Shown: piece after piece, positions 40,514-54,250 of the stretch
Layout of the letters: every line of letters begins with the position of its first letter
How positions within the stretch are numbered: position 1 is the stretch's first letter
Assembly: GCF_009914755.1 (NCBI RefSeq)
Contig: NC_060935.1
From: the human T2T-CHM13v2.0 reference genome, Homo sapiens
DNA length: 64,000 nt
Direction: 5' to 3' (one strand)
Program-made: the position numbers and the translations under genes
Notes under the pieces: generated by a model
Databases searched by the model: none
Told to the model about the DNA's origin: nothing
The model's input: the letters and a program-made list of their open reading frames with translations, nothing else

Positions 40514-43500
40514 GATTTAAATATTTTATAAGTGACAGTTTGGACACTTTTAAGGTAAATAAATGCATGACTTAACTAGACAATTTTGTAATGAATTATG
40601 TAAATATAACACAGAACTATCATTTCCACTTTGTTTTATAAGAATCCCACGTTTCCATCACTTATTTTTCATATACAAATTCACCTTGTTCTGCAGTCTG
40701 TAAATGCAAAGACATTTTACATCATGAAACATGCTATTTACATTGTGAATGATTTCGAATAATAACAAATAAAAGAATGAGTAAAAAGTGGTGTTACATG
40801 AAAATCAAAGAAGATATTGTGGATATTTATAATCTTATATGAGTTATACTTTTACATGTATTATTCTTAAAATTCTAGTGAAATGAGGCATATTTTATCA
40901 TTTCAATCAGAAAAAGTTTCTTTAAACCTGTACTACTAGATAAAGAAAAATATTTTAAAATATAATATGAAATACCAAATGAAACTTTTTTAAAATTAAT
41001 GGTACAGGTTTAAGAGATGCATTCATTTTTTTAAAAAAACAAAAAATAGTTTGACATTTCAAAATATATGCAATTTAATCATGCCCTACATATATATTAG
41101 TATATTTACCTGGTATTAGTTGATGACATTATAATTTAAGTTTTTGATAACTCAATTTTTAAAAGATATTATTCACAAAGTAAATCTAATAACAAAGGAG
41201 CAGATATACAATATGATTTACATTGCAAACCAAACCAAAAATTTAGACCCATGAAATTGCAGCAAACAAATTAGCCAAAATGTTAAAATAATTCAGGTTA
41301 AATGAAAACCACCCCATGCAGAGGATGCTAATGAAGGCCGAGCACATTATAACTGTGTGTTTTTATTAAGTGATTTTGGAAACCTATTTATTATTATATA
41401 GTGCCTGCAGACTTGATGGAAGTGCATTGGCTGTTTATTTTATGCATTGAAGTGAGTATTAATAGGATTATTACTATTAGGATATTACTATTAGGATGAT
41501 ATTTAAAGTACTGTTTGGGAAATGAGACCCTTTGGTTTTGTAAAATGGCTACTCATGATTGAAGAGTCAGAATTCAGGTAGGTTGATTTTGAAATGAATG
41601 ATATGTATTATTTCTGGAATGCACTTAATCAGTATTTTAAAAGCATAATGAGACAGTTTTGTCACTTAATTACCGAAGTTATAATGTAGCTACAGGCAGC
41701 TGTTATAAAACTTCTTTTTCGAAGGCAAAATTCTCAGGAGGACTTTTTTTTTTTTTTTTTAAATAAAGAAAAACCTTTCCATCCAACTTGAAGAAAAATC
41801 AGAAAGTATTTTTCTCCATGGACCATTATTCTATTTGAACCTAACCTGAATTCCCTCATAGTCAAAACCTGCCATGATGATGTGAATTCATTTCCGCATA
41901 GTCGGAATAATTTTTGCTCCAAATTCTTAAAGGAGACAATGAATTAGTAGCTTGTAAATTTTGCAGATCTGGGCCTTCAATAACTTAGTAGAAGGCAATA
42001 AAATAGAGGGAAAAATGGGACTGTGGATTACAACTGTTCAAATTTCATCTTAATTTCTTCTATTTTTCTCAACCATATTTCTTCTATTTTTACAATCATT
42101 ATTAAAATATTTCCCTAAAGAAATACAAATGGTAAAGGTATTGAAAGTCACATTTCTTTATCTGAACAAGTATTAAGATTGTCCATCATTTCAAGACAAA
42201 GGTTTTCTTAACAGTGAAAATCACAGGAAGAAAGTAATCAGTATTTTCATAGATACCAATTTATATGGTAGCTGCCTGTTTTTTCACAATTTCAAAATAA
42301 GTCAGTATAGGATAAACAAAAGTTAACAGAGAAATTCGTCCCTTTTGAAGTTTTAATTTTTTTCAAGTATTTTATACCCCTTTGACTACTTCATCTGTTA
42401 GAATTTAAGACCCCTGAGGTACATAACAGAAAAGTCCAAATAAGAAATGAGAACCAAAATTCAAGGGTATTTAACTCATTGAAGCATATCTTTCCACAGA
42501 GGAACAAATCATGTTTTTTTCTGTATAATTTTCTATTAACACAAACTTATGTCATGAAGATAATTAAGTGGTTTGAATATAATCTTAATACATAAAAATA
42601 AAAAACCAGAAAGAATACAATTTTAAGTTTGGGAGATTATAAATTCTTTAAATCTTGTTCAAGATTTGTTCAAATTATTATAAAGTCAATTAGAAATACC
42701 TACAATGGAAGAATGCCCTTACTCTTAAAGAAGATATTTGACTTATTTTCCCTTAGGAGTCAAATACTCTGCTAGAAATGATTTAATTTTCCCTGAAAAA
42801 TAATGGCTTTGGATTGAGATTTGTAAATGTTTGATCTCTTGATCCAAGCTGTACTTTTTTTTTTTTGTATTTAATAAAATGGCAATTTGTAAATTCTGGT
42901 GAATACTCAAAATTGTAGCTAAAAACAGCTATCTGAATATAGGTTTAAAACCTCAAAGACACAGAGCTAAGAAATATGGAATACATTGTATATTGCTTTT
43001 TCAATAGAGTAGACATAAAATTGATGACAAATGTTTCCAAACCCTCAATAAGAACTCAAAACATCATACTATGCCAAGCTGAATTACAGAAGGGTATCTA
43101 AGAAAGAAGACAGTGCATCAGTTATCTCTAGATAAAGAGCCAGTAAAATCAAGTTGCATTTGATGTATACATCTTATTGGGAGTAGTTTTCAGAAAGCAA
43201 TTTCCCTACAAACAGAAAAAGCATTTTTTTTTTCTATTTCAGTCTTTAGCAGTGTGGTACTCACATAAAAAAAAATGACTACTTGAAAATAAGAGGTTTT
43301 TCTAACTTAAGACATTTGTAAGGGGGTAAAAATAGGAGATTGTCCAAACAGATTGACCCTGATACTTCTTGAAAAAGTGTTTAAATTCAATGAAAATGAA
43401 CACACATAGATTTTTATAGACCCACATTTCTCTTGACTGACAGTCTCTGGAAGTCAAGGTCCCAATTCTCTCAGTCACTTCTATCCTCAACTGATCTGCA

Positions 43501-43644
43501 TCTACGTGCTCATCTTCTTTCCCCTTTTCTCACAAATCCACAAAGTGTTCAATCATGTGAAAGTGAAAAAGGGAGGCTCCAGCCCAAATAGTAAAGTACT
43601 ATTGTCATTTATCTTATAAGAGCTAGAAAGAAATAAAGCAAAGA

Positions 43645-43693
43645 GGGAGGGAAGGAAAGGAAGGAAAGGAAGGAAGGAAGGAAGATAGGAAGA
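43645..43693. repeat. (GGAA)n-like purine repeat
   Basis: Directly visible. Confidence 0.85.
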
Positions 43694-46600
43694 TAATTCA
43701 ATGGAAAAAAGAGGAGCTAAGCATGCTAACAAGTTTTAAAGCCTAATTAATTTACTGCACATAAAACTTATGTATATAAACCATTCATTTCACATTCATC
43801 AAGAATTTTATTCATGAACACCAAACTCAACTGATTCAAGCTGTCACCACACTTGATATTTGGACTCTTGCATGGTTTCTCATTAGCACAAAAAATATAC
43901 TAATGTTTAATTAGATAATGCAGCAAATATTGATTGAAGACATAAAACCAAATTTTCCCAGCAGATAATAAATTCTGCACTGGGGAGACATCTATGATGT
44001 GACAAGTTATTTTTGTCCCTTTAAATATTCACTCTAATTAGCATATTTATTAAATTTCTTGTTTGTTTTATCAAAGTTTTGACATGCTGAATTTCATGGC
44101 ATTCTGTCATTTTTATGACATTCTGTTAAATATAAATACTGTGTTTAAAAATCTATTTATCCTTACCATCTATTTTCAGCTTGCCTCTAGGTTAACAGGA
44201 TTAGACAACAGACCTAATTTTGATGTAAGCAAAGTCTGATTTTTGTGTCTCTTTCCATCTTCTCTACTGGTATCCATTCCTTTCTCTAAGTTGCATTTCA
44301 TCTGAATCCAACTAAATATTTCATACATGTTCATAAAATGGGACTCCTCCTATAGCCAGGTAATCATTTGGATTTTAGCAGGAGAATTTTTTTTAGACAG
44401 AATAAAATTGTTTTTAAGGATCAAATGAAAAAGCAATGAGCACCTATTATTTCAGGTCATTGAGTTATATAACAAATAAATGAATTTTATGAGTGCCTGG
44501 TGACACACTTGAAACAAATTTTAAAAGAAGAATAGTAATTTGGGCTGCCATCCATTAATAATAATTTTTACACAGGAACAAAAATTAAAGAATTTTTCTA
44601 AAAGTCCCCCTGAATTACTTTAGATAATTATACAGTCCTCTAGTTTATCTAGACCTTCTTGGCTAGAGTTTGATCTACCATCAGAAATAATTTCTTCTTT
44701 TTGAGAATACTTTGTAGTCAAAGAATACAAAAGCAATTTATCTGAGAGTCCAAGCCAAGGTTAAGTTTTGGTTTCAGTGTGGTAATTTTTACCAAAAAAA
44801 TTCAGAAGGAGGGTTTCACATTATTGATAAATCAACTAGCTGTTTTCATATTTTGCTTCATTTTATGGAAGTTTTAATTTAAAAGGCCAAAAAAGGAGAC
44901 AGCCTTTCAAGTGGTTAGATACATAAATATTGATCCAGATTGCCCAAACCTCAGAAGAAAGTCATATTTTGCTAGCTTTTAAAGAGTGATATTGACCATG
45001 AAGAAATAGTTCTTGGGAGGCAATAAAAGTAGAATTGCTGTAGGAATTGAGGTTTCATTGGGTATGGAAATGCATAGTTTCTTACTAGTCAGAGAGTCAG
45101 AGGTGATGTAACAATATTCATATTTGTTGTTCAAATGATTTGAACATAAATTGGTTTTGACTTAGATTTTATTCCGAGAAGTTTACAATGCGTTGTTCTA
45201 TATTCTAATGTGAACAAGCTGAAAATACAGTATTATTTGACTATTATCCTTAATGTTTATGTTATTTTAAAAAGTGTAATATTTTAAGTAAAATAATATT
45301 GCCAAATTTGCAAACCCTGGCTCAATGCCACAATTTTTAAGTCTGTCATATTTATGACTTTTTTTCTGTAACAAATGGAAAATATAAAGTAAAAATCACT
45401 TAAATGTAATTCACAATTAAGTGTTATCATCAGAGGATAAAACTCTAAGGAACCTAGAAACAACATTAATTGAATCTCTCATTGCTGAAGAAGTTGACAC
45501 ATTCAGAAAACTTTCAAAAGTCTCTGACATTCTAAGTTTTGGATATGAGTGAGTTGACTCTTTCAGGACAATAAATCTTTGTCTTAAATTCTTTTTCTAA
45601 CTGATAATTTTGATTAAAAATTGCTCAGGTTTGTTCCCTCCTTTTAAAGTTTCTGTTCTAAACAAACTCTATATGAATTAACCAGTTACATGTAAGTGAA
45701 AAATCTTTGATGATTAAGGTACTACCTAACCACTTTTAAGTTTAGAAGACTAGAGTCTTCGTGTCTCACAGAATACCATTAAATGCTATGGGGTGATTCT
45801 CTCTCCAGCTCAAATACTCTGGCACATTCTGTAAGAGACAGATGGACATTTTTCTGCTCTAAAGTTCCACACTTGTTTTGCTAGCAGCCAAACCCAATTT
45901 GAGAAGAATGTGAAGAAGAATATGGCGTAGAGTACAGCCGCCAAAAGTTTAAAAATTTCAGGACACAAAATAAATATTTCCTATTATTTGTGATTAAATT
46001 TTTCAACTAAGGGAATATGTAATTTATTTAATGTCAGAACAACAACAAATGTTTTTAAATGATTCATAAGACAAAAGTATATTCTTCTCACTGAATGCTA
46101 GCTCAGCCAGGCATGTTATAAAAGGAAAAAATATAGTTTGTTTTAATATCACTTGCATAGTGTTAGTCTGTTTTTCTATGCTAATTTTAGCAGGGTTTTC
46201 TGTGGCATATGGCAGAGCTGGTATTGGGCCTTCTTTGTTCCTTCAACCCAGATGTTCTGACACTTTCATTTACCTTAATCATTGTAACCAAGACTAGTTC
46301 TATCTGCCACCTTCAGAAAGCATCTATTTGTAGCTCTGTAAGCTTCTATCCCAGCTTCACTGAGATGTGCAGCTGCCGAGAGGTTGGCACTACCTCCTAG
46401 GAAAACTAAAAATGGCTTGTGAAGGGTTTCTCTTTTTTTGTCTTTCTCTTTTCTTTTTAAAAATGAGTGACCAGTAGTCAAATAAATCATGTGGCTTCCA
46501 TTAAACCAGAGGTGTTTGTTACGGAAATTGCCTCTCCTTTAAGAGTCTCTACATCTTCCTGAATAAAAAACTAACTCTCTTTGCTTCATCTCTTCTAAAG

Positions 46601-48804
46601 CTCCTGCCCACCTCACTCACTCCATTTGTCCCTTTGTCCTGAGTCTGCTGTGTAAATGCCAGGCAGCAGAATGCAAAGAAGTGTCTTCAGAAAGTGAGGT
46701 ATGAAGAAACAATTTTGCACATTCCTGATTTTATTTCAGTTATTACTTTCCTCTTAGATATAGGTTTAATGACATTTAATAGACCACAGTAAAAATATAT
46801 TAAGTAGAATTCCTTCTTTATCTGCAAATAGCAAAAAGTCCACAGAAGAAGACTGAATATAAAGTGATTTCTTCAGTTTAAAAATATGTATCAAAAGAAT
46901 CAAAAAGTAACTATTACTCAGACCTGCCATTTGGTTTTTCTTTTCTGCTTTTAAATAATAAGCAACAATACTTAAGTCTAATATAAAGAATGATCTGATC
47001 AGCAACTAGCTGAATTAACTGGAAGGATAACTTCAGTGTAATTTAATAGATTCAAATTAAATATTTTCCATTATTTATTTAACCCAAAACCATTCTTACT
47101 AAGGATTTAAGGATCCAGTGATATACAAGAGGATAATTGTCAAAGCCTCAGTAAATCAACAATCCGGTTTGATTTTGATAGGGAAATTTTCCAAACTGTG
47201 GGCAGGAGAATGCTAAAATTAAGTTTTGCTATGAGTAATAGAAAGGTAAAGACAAAATATCGAACACACCCACCATTCAAATGGGTTCATATTCTTGTTT
47301 AGGGGATTGTTTACCTTGCAGGGCAATAATAGGAGCTGTCATCTTATTTAGATGCTTAGGAATGAATCCTAAGCTTATATGCTAAATCATAATCTGATGT
47401 TTAGATACTGTTCAGTATAAACATAAATTTACTAGTTGATTTTAGCTGTAATCCTTATACATTATTCTAAATGATGAAGTAAATTTAACTACTAAAGAAC
47501 TGATTATCATTGACTATGCCACATTCTATTAAAATTGTATTTTAAGTAGACTAAAAACATGATTTTTTCATTTCGAAATCTGAAAGCTTTAGTGTTTTTT
47601 CAGTATTACTGAATAATCATTTTCAGACTTTTATTTATTGTGCTACAGGTGACTTTCAGTCAATCATATTCTGAAGTCAAAATACTATCATACTTACCAA
47701 AAACTTGTGTAGCTATCATTGAAAACAGTAATAATGAGCTCTTTTATCTTTACTCTTTCATCTTCCAAGACCATATCAAACCAACATTTGAATAAATCTG
47801 CCGCAAGACCCATCTATATTTTTGCAAAGCCTACTTTCTCAATCACCTCTTCCAACCTATGCTCTACTTCCACTCATTTATCCATCCTTAACTTCTTCCT
47901 TACTATTATATACTACAAAGATCCAAAAATTGGGCAACATTATAAATAATACACAAATCTCTTTGACAGGAATAGAAATCATATTTTTATAGCCATGTTT
48001 AAAATTATGCACCAGAAATAATCTGATGTATATTAATCACTTTACAGCATGTTTGCAAATGAATAACTTCTGAGATAGATTAAACATGTCATTTGCCCGA
48101 ATATTTTTAATCTGAGTCATTACTTGCTGCTCATTTTGCTACAGAATAATGAGTATCTTTAAAAAGTCCACACCAGCTATATTATTGCTTGTATAAAACA
48201 TGTTTCTGTTTTCACAAAGGCTCTATGAAATGCAAAGAAGTGCAAGCTTCATATGGCATCATCACCATGGCTTAAATTATTGCTTGAAAGGTTGTTACAC
48301 GGTATTGCTTGGAAATCAGTTTTCAGATAATGTACAATTCAATATGAAAAGTACATAGTGAGACTAAGTATTAAGTTGATGTCTTTTCATGACATAAAAA
48401 TCAAAGCATTCAGAAGTAAGGCTGTCACTTTGATATTTGCTTCTGTGTCCCAAAGGTCATAGTTTTTACCTCGGTGGTGAGGATTAGCAAATGTTGTAAT
48501 ATACTGCACAGCTCTGGCAGTAACTAAGAAAATGGTACTGTATCTAGTATGCCTAATAGCCCTATAGTGAGCAATATTCATCCCTCATGCTTATCAGTGT
48601 TGACGTCTGTCTCTAAGTTTGAAGATTCATGCTCAGAAAGAAGACCACAAATTGGAAATCAAAGCTAAAATTAAAATTTGTGAAAGAAATAATGGTATGA
48701 GGCCTAGAGTATTTAACTTTTCAAAATAACTACAAATGAAATAACATCACTATCCCAGTCAACTTGTATTTATTCCTAGTAATTGGGATTATTTGAATAC
48801 TTTT

Positions 48805-48998
48805 CAATGATTCCCAAGTCTGGCTGTATATTAGCATTACTTAGAGTGATTTTCTAAACACAGATTCCTAGGCCCTACCTGAGACCTACTGAATCCAAAT
48901 CTCTGAAGGTAAAGACTAGTCTTCTGTATTCCTAAAACTCCCTACGGAATTCTTATGAAGCCAGCCAGATACTTCCAAGCAGATCAGCTGAACCACTG
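48805..48998. mobile_element. MER5-type hAT MITE within the 3' UTR
   Basis: caatgattccca...cagattcctaggccctacctgagacctactgaatc...gaaccactg with degenerate TIRs. Confidence 0.8.
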
Positions 48999-51900
48999 AA
49001 CTAGGTCATTTCTTAAGGATGGGATGGCAATGAGGTACTTAACTGAAACCGTGATCTGGTTATAACATATTAGAAATAAAGACACAAACTTTACTTCTCT
49101 GCATTCCCAAGTCCTTCCAAAGAAACTTACTTCTTTCAATCATGAAACATCTACATTCAATAAACACAGATGCATACACACAAACTAAAAATATTAATCA
49201 CTTTATAAAACTATTTTAGAATATGGGATTAGCTGTGATACTTCCTGTGTTATAAATGTATCAGTGACCTTTTTTAATTAAAGGAAAGAAGGAACAAAGG
49301 AAGGAAGAAAACAAGGGATGGAAGAACAGTCATACGCAGGTTTCAATTGTTTGGATCAAGTGTGAGGAAGGAATTTTGCACACTATCTCAGTATAGCCTG
49401 ACAAGATTGTTAATCTGTATGTAATATCAGTGTCTGCTCTTCATTCACCACTACGAGGATCTTGAAATTGAGTCCATAGCTGAGGTCAACTTACCCATTT
49501 AACAATAAATTTTGTTCAATCACATGAACACAATTTATGTGTATGTTAAACCAGCTGGTTGTGGTTTAGGAACATTCATATCAAGAGCTGCCCATAAATC
49601 GTTTAGAAATATGTTAAACTTCAATAATTCAGTCTCATGCATCATGATTTTTGGGTTATATCTATTATTAAGCTATGATTATAGAAGCCTCTGAAATGAC
49701 ATAATTTTTGTAGCTGAAGGTCTATAATCTAATAGTAGAAAAAACTAAGCTACGATATAGGGCTTGGTTCTTGAACTTGAGTTTCTAGATATTGTCAGCT
49801 GAAAGACGCCTGGTGCTACCCAAAGCCTATTCAGAGTCATTTATAATTAATTTCAAAGGAACATTCAGTGAAGCTGTATGAAGTGCTTGGAGTCAGACTG
49901 TGTTTTGAAGAAAGAGCAGAGGGTGAAGCTGCAGATATAATCAATGCCCCGGCACATCCAGTTCATTACTACACTTCAGAAGTACATTGTTGCTCAGGCC
50001 TGACTGTGTGTGGTCCTTCCTATCCGCCTGAATGAGGCACCAGCAACCCTTTCTGTAGCCATTCTGGGTTCAGAAGTGAAGAGAGAATGCTGTTTGCTGT
50101 GGCCAGGCGTGAGGGGGTGAGATGGTTTCTAGTGACAGAATGGAGTAAGAAAGGGTCCAGAATGGACTGAGTCATTCTCAAAATGACAAGACAGAAACCT
50201 GTGTGTAAAAGTTTTACTTTTTGCCTTAACCATCCACAACACCTGCTCTCAGAAAGTCAGGGACCCAAGGAGCCTTCAACAAATATATTTAATTATGGTC
50301 ATAATTTTGAGCTCCTACCTGATGCCTTACGACTTTAGATACACAATTTCATTCAGCAGCAGTATGATTCTATACAAAACACAGAGCCTGGTGGGGTTTT
50401 CAGAATTCTCCATGGCTTTGCCTTTTGTTATCTATCAATTTAATTTTGCTTTATTGCTGGAACTCTTTGGAGGCATTTGCAAAATTAAAAGTCTTGCTCC
50501 CCTTGTGAATGAGATTTTGTTTAAGTTGTTATTATCCTCTTTTGCTTTGTTTTTCCTGGAAAGACACACATATTCACACTAAACTACTGTGTCCTGACAC
50601 CGTTGTTACTGGACAAGAGGAAGGAGTGCAAGACTGTAAGAAACAACATTTGAAGTGCTGAACCTACAGACCCACTCTCAAGTCTCAGGCATCAATGTCT
50701 GTCTCAGAGTCCCAGATCAAAGCTCACTTGATTCCACATAATCAGATATTAAAAGGAAAATCTGAAATTACTTAAAATATAGAGCAAGAGATGAATATAA
50801 AGGCAGATTGTACGCAATTGGGTCCCATGTTACCTGGAAGCTATGTCTTCTTCCCCTTCTCTACGTTATATAGACAAGAGATCCAACTACTATGTTTCTG
50901 AAGCATATTATTATTTTTTATTATGGCCAATGTTACCTAATGATTAAGGTCCACAAAGAAGATACAGGGTAGTACATTCTGAGTACATATTGGGGGATTC
51001 TGATTTTGTTAGATAACTGATTTATTTGCAAATGATGACATTCTCTCCATCAAAATAATCCTGATACCAACGTGATGCTTTGGTGCTAATGGCTAGTTAT
51101 AAGGTGCCTTCTTCCAAACAGCAGCTTAAAAGAATATTAAAATGCAAGAGCTATAGGTGCCAAATTATATTTTAAAGTATCCCTTGCAGAGTGGGTTAAA
51201 ACCATTTCCCCAATTTAATATCATTTGGTTTCTAAGGGAACATCACACAAATTTCTTGTATCTGCCATACTAAAATGCATGCTGTTGGTAATAGTTTGTA
51301 AGTAAGTGAGAATACTGTATAGATAAAAGTCATATGAAATAACAAATGCCACCACATTGTTACAATCACAATTCCTAAGAGAAGAGATGTAGATGGCATT
51401 GTGTAGGACAAATAAAAATATAATTTTTTCTCCATCTTCTAACTTCTGTGATTGAAGTTTGAATGAACAGACATTTTATATAGTACCTCATAAACATATA
51501 TAGCAACATTGTAACTACAATAATCAACTATAATAGATTAGCAAAATGATAACAAATTGGACCATTATCTCGGACTATAGCTGTGAAAATACACTTAGGT
51601 TATAATGTATGAAAAATGTAGTTGACATCCTGTCAGTGATAAATAAGAAATCTCTGGCACGTTCTTCATCGTGACATTTATGGCAATGTAAATGGATACT
51701 TATTCTCTAAGTAAAATCATATAAACTAATACAGAATTTGTGATTCTTCTGATAAATTGAGATATATAAATACAATACTTCTCTCCAGGCCTATCACTAG
51801 TATTGAGGTGGATTTCCAATGATGCTTTTCAAATATGCTTCCCGTAGATATTCTTAAGTATGGAGATAATAAATATGTGTTTAGAGTAGTTGCTTAGACA

Positions 51901-54021
51901 AATCTTTATAAAAAGTGAGAGAAATAGATTGGATATTCCTGGAAGTCCCTTTCAGCCTTATGGTTACAAAACACATTGTTCATCACCAACATTTTATTGA
52001 TTTAATATACCATAATAAGTTCTAAGTTACTGAAGACAATAGGCATAAATGACATCAGTGAGCTTGTTCCCTCCCCATGCTCCAGTGCTACAAGGAGCCC
52101 ATCAACATTGCTAAGGCATTTTCTAATATAAGCATGAGGATTGAGGTGCTCCCAGTCTGCTCTGCTCATACTGGCTGTAAACCTCCCCATTGTCCAGAAA
52201 CACAGGCCCACAGAAGAGGGGGTCAGGCAAAGGTTTAGAGCTCAAGGTCTATTTCCTGTCTTCTCCATATAAAGAGTGTTGCACTCGTGTCCTTGTAAAC
52301 CCCCAGGGCAAGAAAATAACTCAAATTATAAAAGGGATCAGGATTATAACAAATATTTGCATATCTACAAATGCCTTCTAGCCACACACATAGAAAATTT
52401 AAAAACATTAAATGAACCTCATAGACTACATTGGAAATTAGTAAATATATTCCTTAACTGAGTTATGTCATAACCAAATCATAATGCAGCCAAAATCCCT
52501 GAACAGAAAAGAATATTGCATTCAGTAGACATAAGCTATCAATGAGTAAGAAAATGACCTCTCCAAGGCTTAAAGGAAACAAATGCTTCCAGCTTATTAA
52601 CCTCAATAGAAACTTAGATTTTATATCTGAACCCAAACAGGAAAACTCTGGACACCTGATGCTCCTAATTTTAGTGTGAGCCAGTAATATTTTCATGCAG
52701 TATTGATTAATGAGAACAGGTCTTCATTTGAGCAGGACATGCGATGGAATCCTATCTGTAACTATAATGATTACTAGTTCTGAAGATTATACCTACTTCA
52801 GTATTCATGAAAGTGATTCACTGAATTTAAAAGCCATATCAATCAAACTGCAGAACATTTTTTAAAACCTCAAAGCCATAAAATACAGAGGTTTCCTTGC
52901 TTTGTGTTGTACAAGAAGAAACAACATTCTTGGCAAACTGTCCTGACACTTCTTTGTCACTAATGCCAGTATCCAGGAATTTGTTCTCAAGAATAGCAGT
53001 CGGCTCTTAGGAGGCATCAACTGGGGAAGAGGAAGGGGGTAACTAACATGTCATTTAGCTGAATGCTGTTTATTAGAATGCAGTTTAGTGTTGCAAAAGC
53101 TACCTATATTTGTAAGTGCTAAGTTGAAAAGGATCCAGTGTAGCAAAGCATTTCATTTTAACTGATATTTGTTAGAAGGTGGCAAAAAGACCTTTCTTTA
53201 ATCTTGGTTACAGATACATCTGGTGTTAGGAAATTCCATTTCCTCTGGATTCCATGCTACATTAGTTAAATCTAAAAGATATATTTACTAAGCAGACATA
53301 TAATGCTTTCTTGGTATCTGAAATCCTTGGTTATATGTATTCTCAGTCGAAGCACTGATCTCTCTAAATAAGGGAAACTATATTAGATTAATAGGTTAGC
53401 ATTATATATAATATACTAACAATACAGAAGCAGATTCTGAAAATCTAATAATGTTGTGCGAAATGTAGTTATCTAGAAGAGATATGTATAAAAATAGGTA
53501 ATATCCCTAAAATATTTTGCCGAGTTACAATTCTTCCAGTTGGGAAGTTTACCACACTGCCATGATACATGTATGAAATGTCTGTTCAGAAAAAGAAACT
53601 TAGAAAATATTCCTCACCCACCAACTCACTAAATGTAGGAATATATAATCAAAACTGGCTCTCAAAAGTGGTACAAATATATAGGGAAAGATACTTGTAT
53701 GTGTGATAAACAAGAAAACATGGAATCTATTTATTGGTTAGTTCTGAAAGGGGACCCACACTTGTAATTAAAATATATGTGTATATATATGACCAAAACC
53801 ACTCATATGAATGGACACATCTTATTTCCCTCATCCTCCGGCTTTTTATTGACAGCGGTCACCTCCACCTTTTAGTAGGATTATTGCCTGACATAATACA
53901 GAAATTTTGCTGCTTGTTCTCAACAAAGCAATGAAAGAGACACAATCTCTTTCCACCCCCCATTGGTGACCCATGTTCTGGGCTTGTGCTTTTTGGAGGA
54001 GTCTTTGATCTGTAGCAGGTC

Positions 54022-54229
54022 TCAGAGGCTTGTCTCCCGGAGGAACATGGTGCCGATGTTGTAGGAAACCTTTTTTATTCTCGACGAAGAAAGAGAAGGC
54101 TTTGGTGGCTTTGGACCAGTCCTTACCTCCAGGAAATAGCAGATCCCAGGAATTTCCTTTGGAAAGTTGTCTGGAAGCTCTTCACGAGACCGCGGAATGA
54201 ATGTGAAACTTTCTTCTCGTTTTAATAAT
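54022..54229 (-). CDS. GUCY1A2: Guanylate cyclase 1 soluble subunit alpha-2, terminal coding exon
   Basis: After the acceptor tgtattttcttcttag come 1 nt plus [68 protein letters not shown]. This is the sGC alpha-2 C-terminus with its PDZ-binding RETSL motif. Confidence 0.96.
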
Positions 54230-54250
54230 CTAAGAAGAAAATACAGAGCA
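54230..54250 (-). promoter_or_regulatory. GUCY1A2: 3' splice acceptor of the terminal exon
   Basis: Polypyrimidine tract plus AG (54231-54230) exactly where the recognisable protein sequence begins. Confidence 0.9.

Larger units (their letters stand above)
40490..54021 (-). other. GUCY1A2: Very long 3' UTR of GUCY1A2 (~13.5 kb)
   Basis: Follows the stop codon; AT-rich and almost devoid of recognisable interspersed repeats; ends at the AATAAA. The distal end is inferred. Confidence 0.75.
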
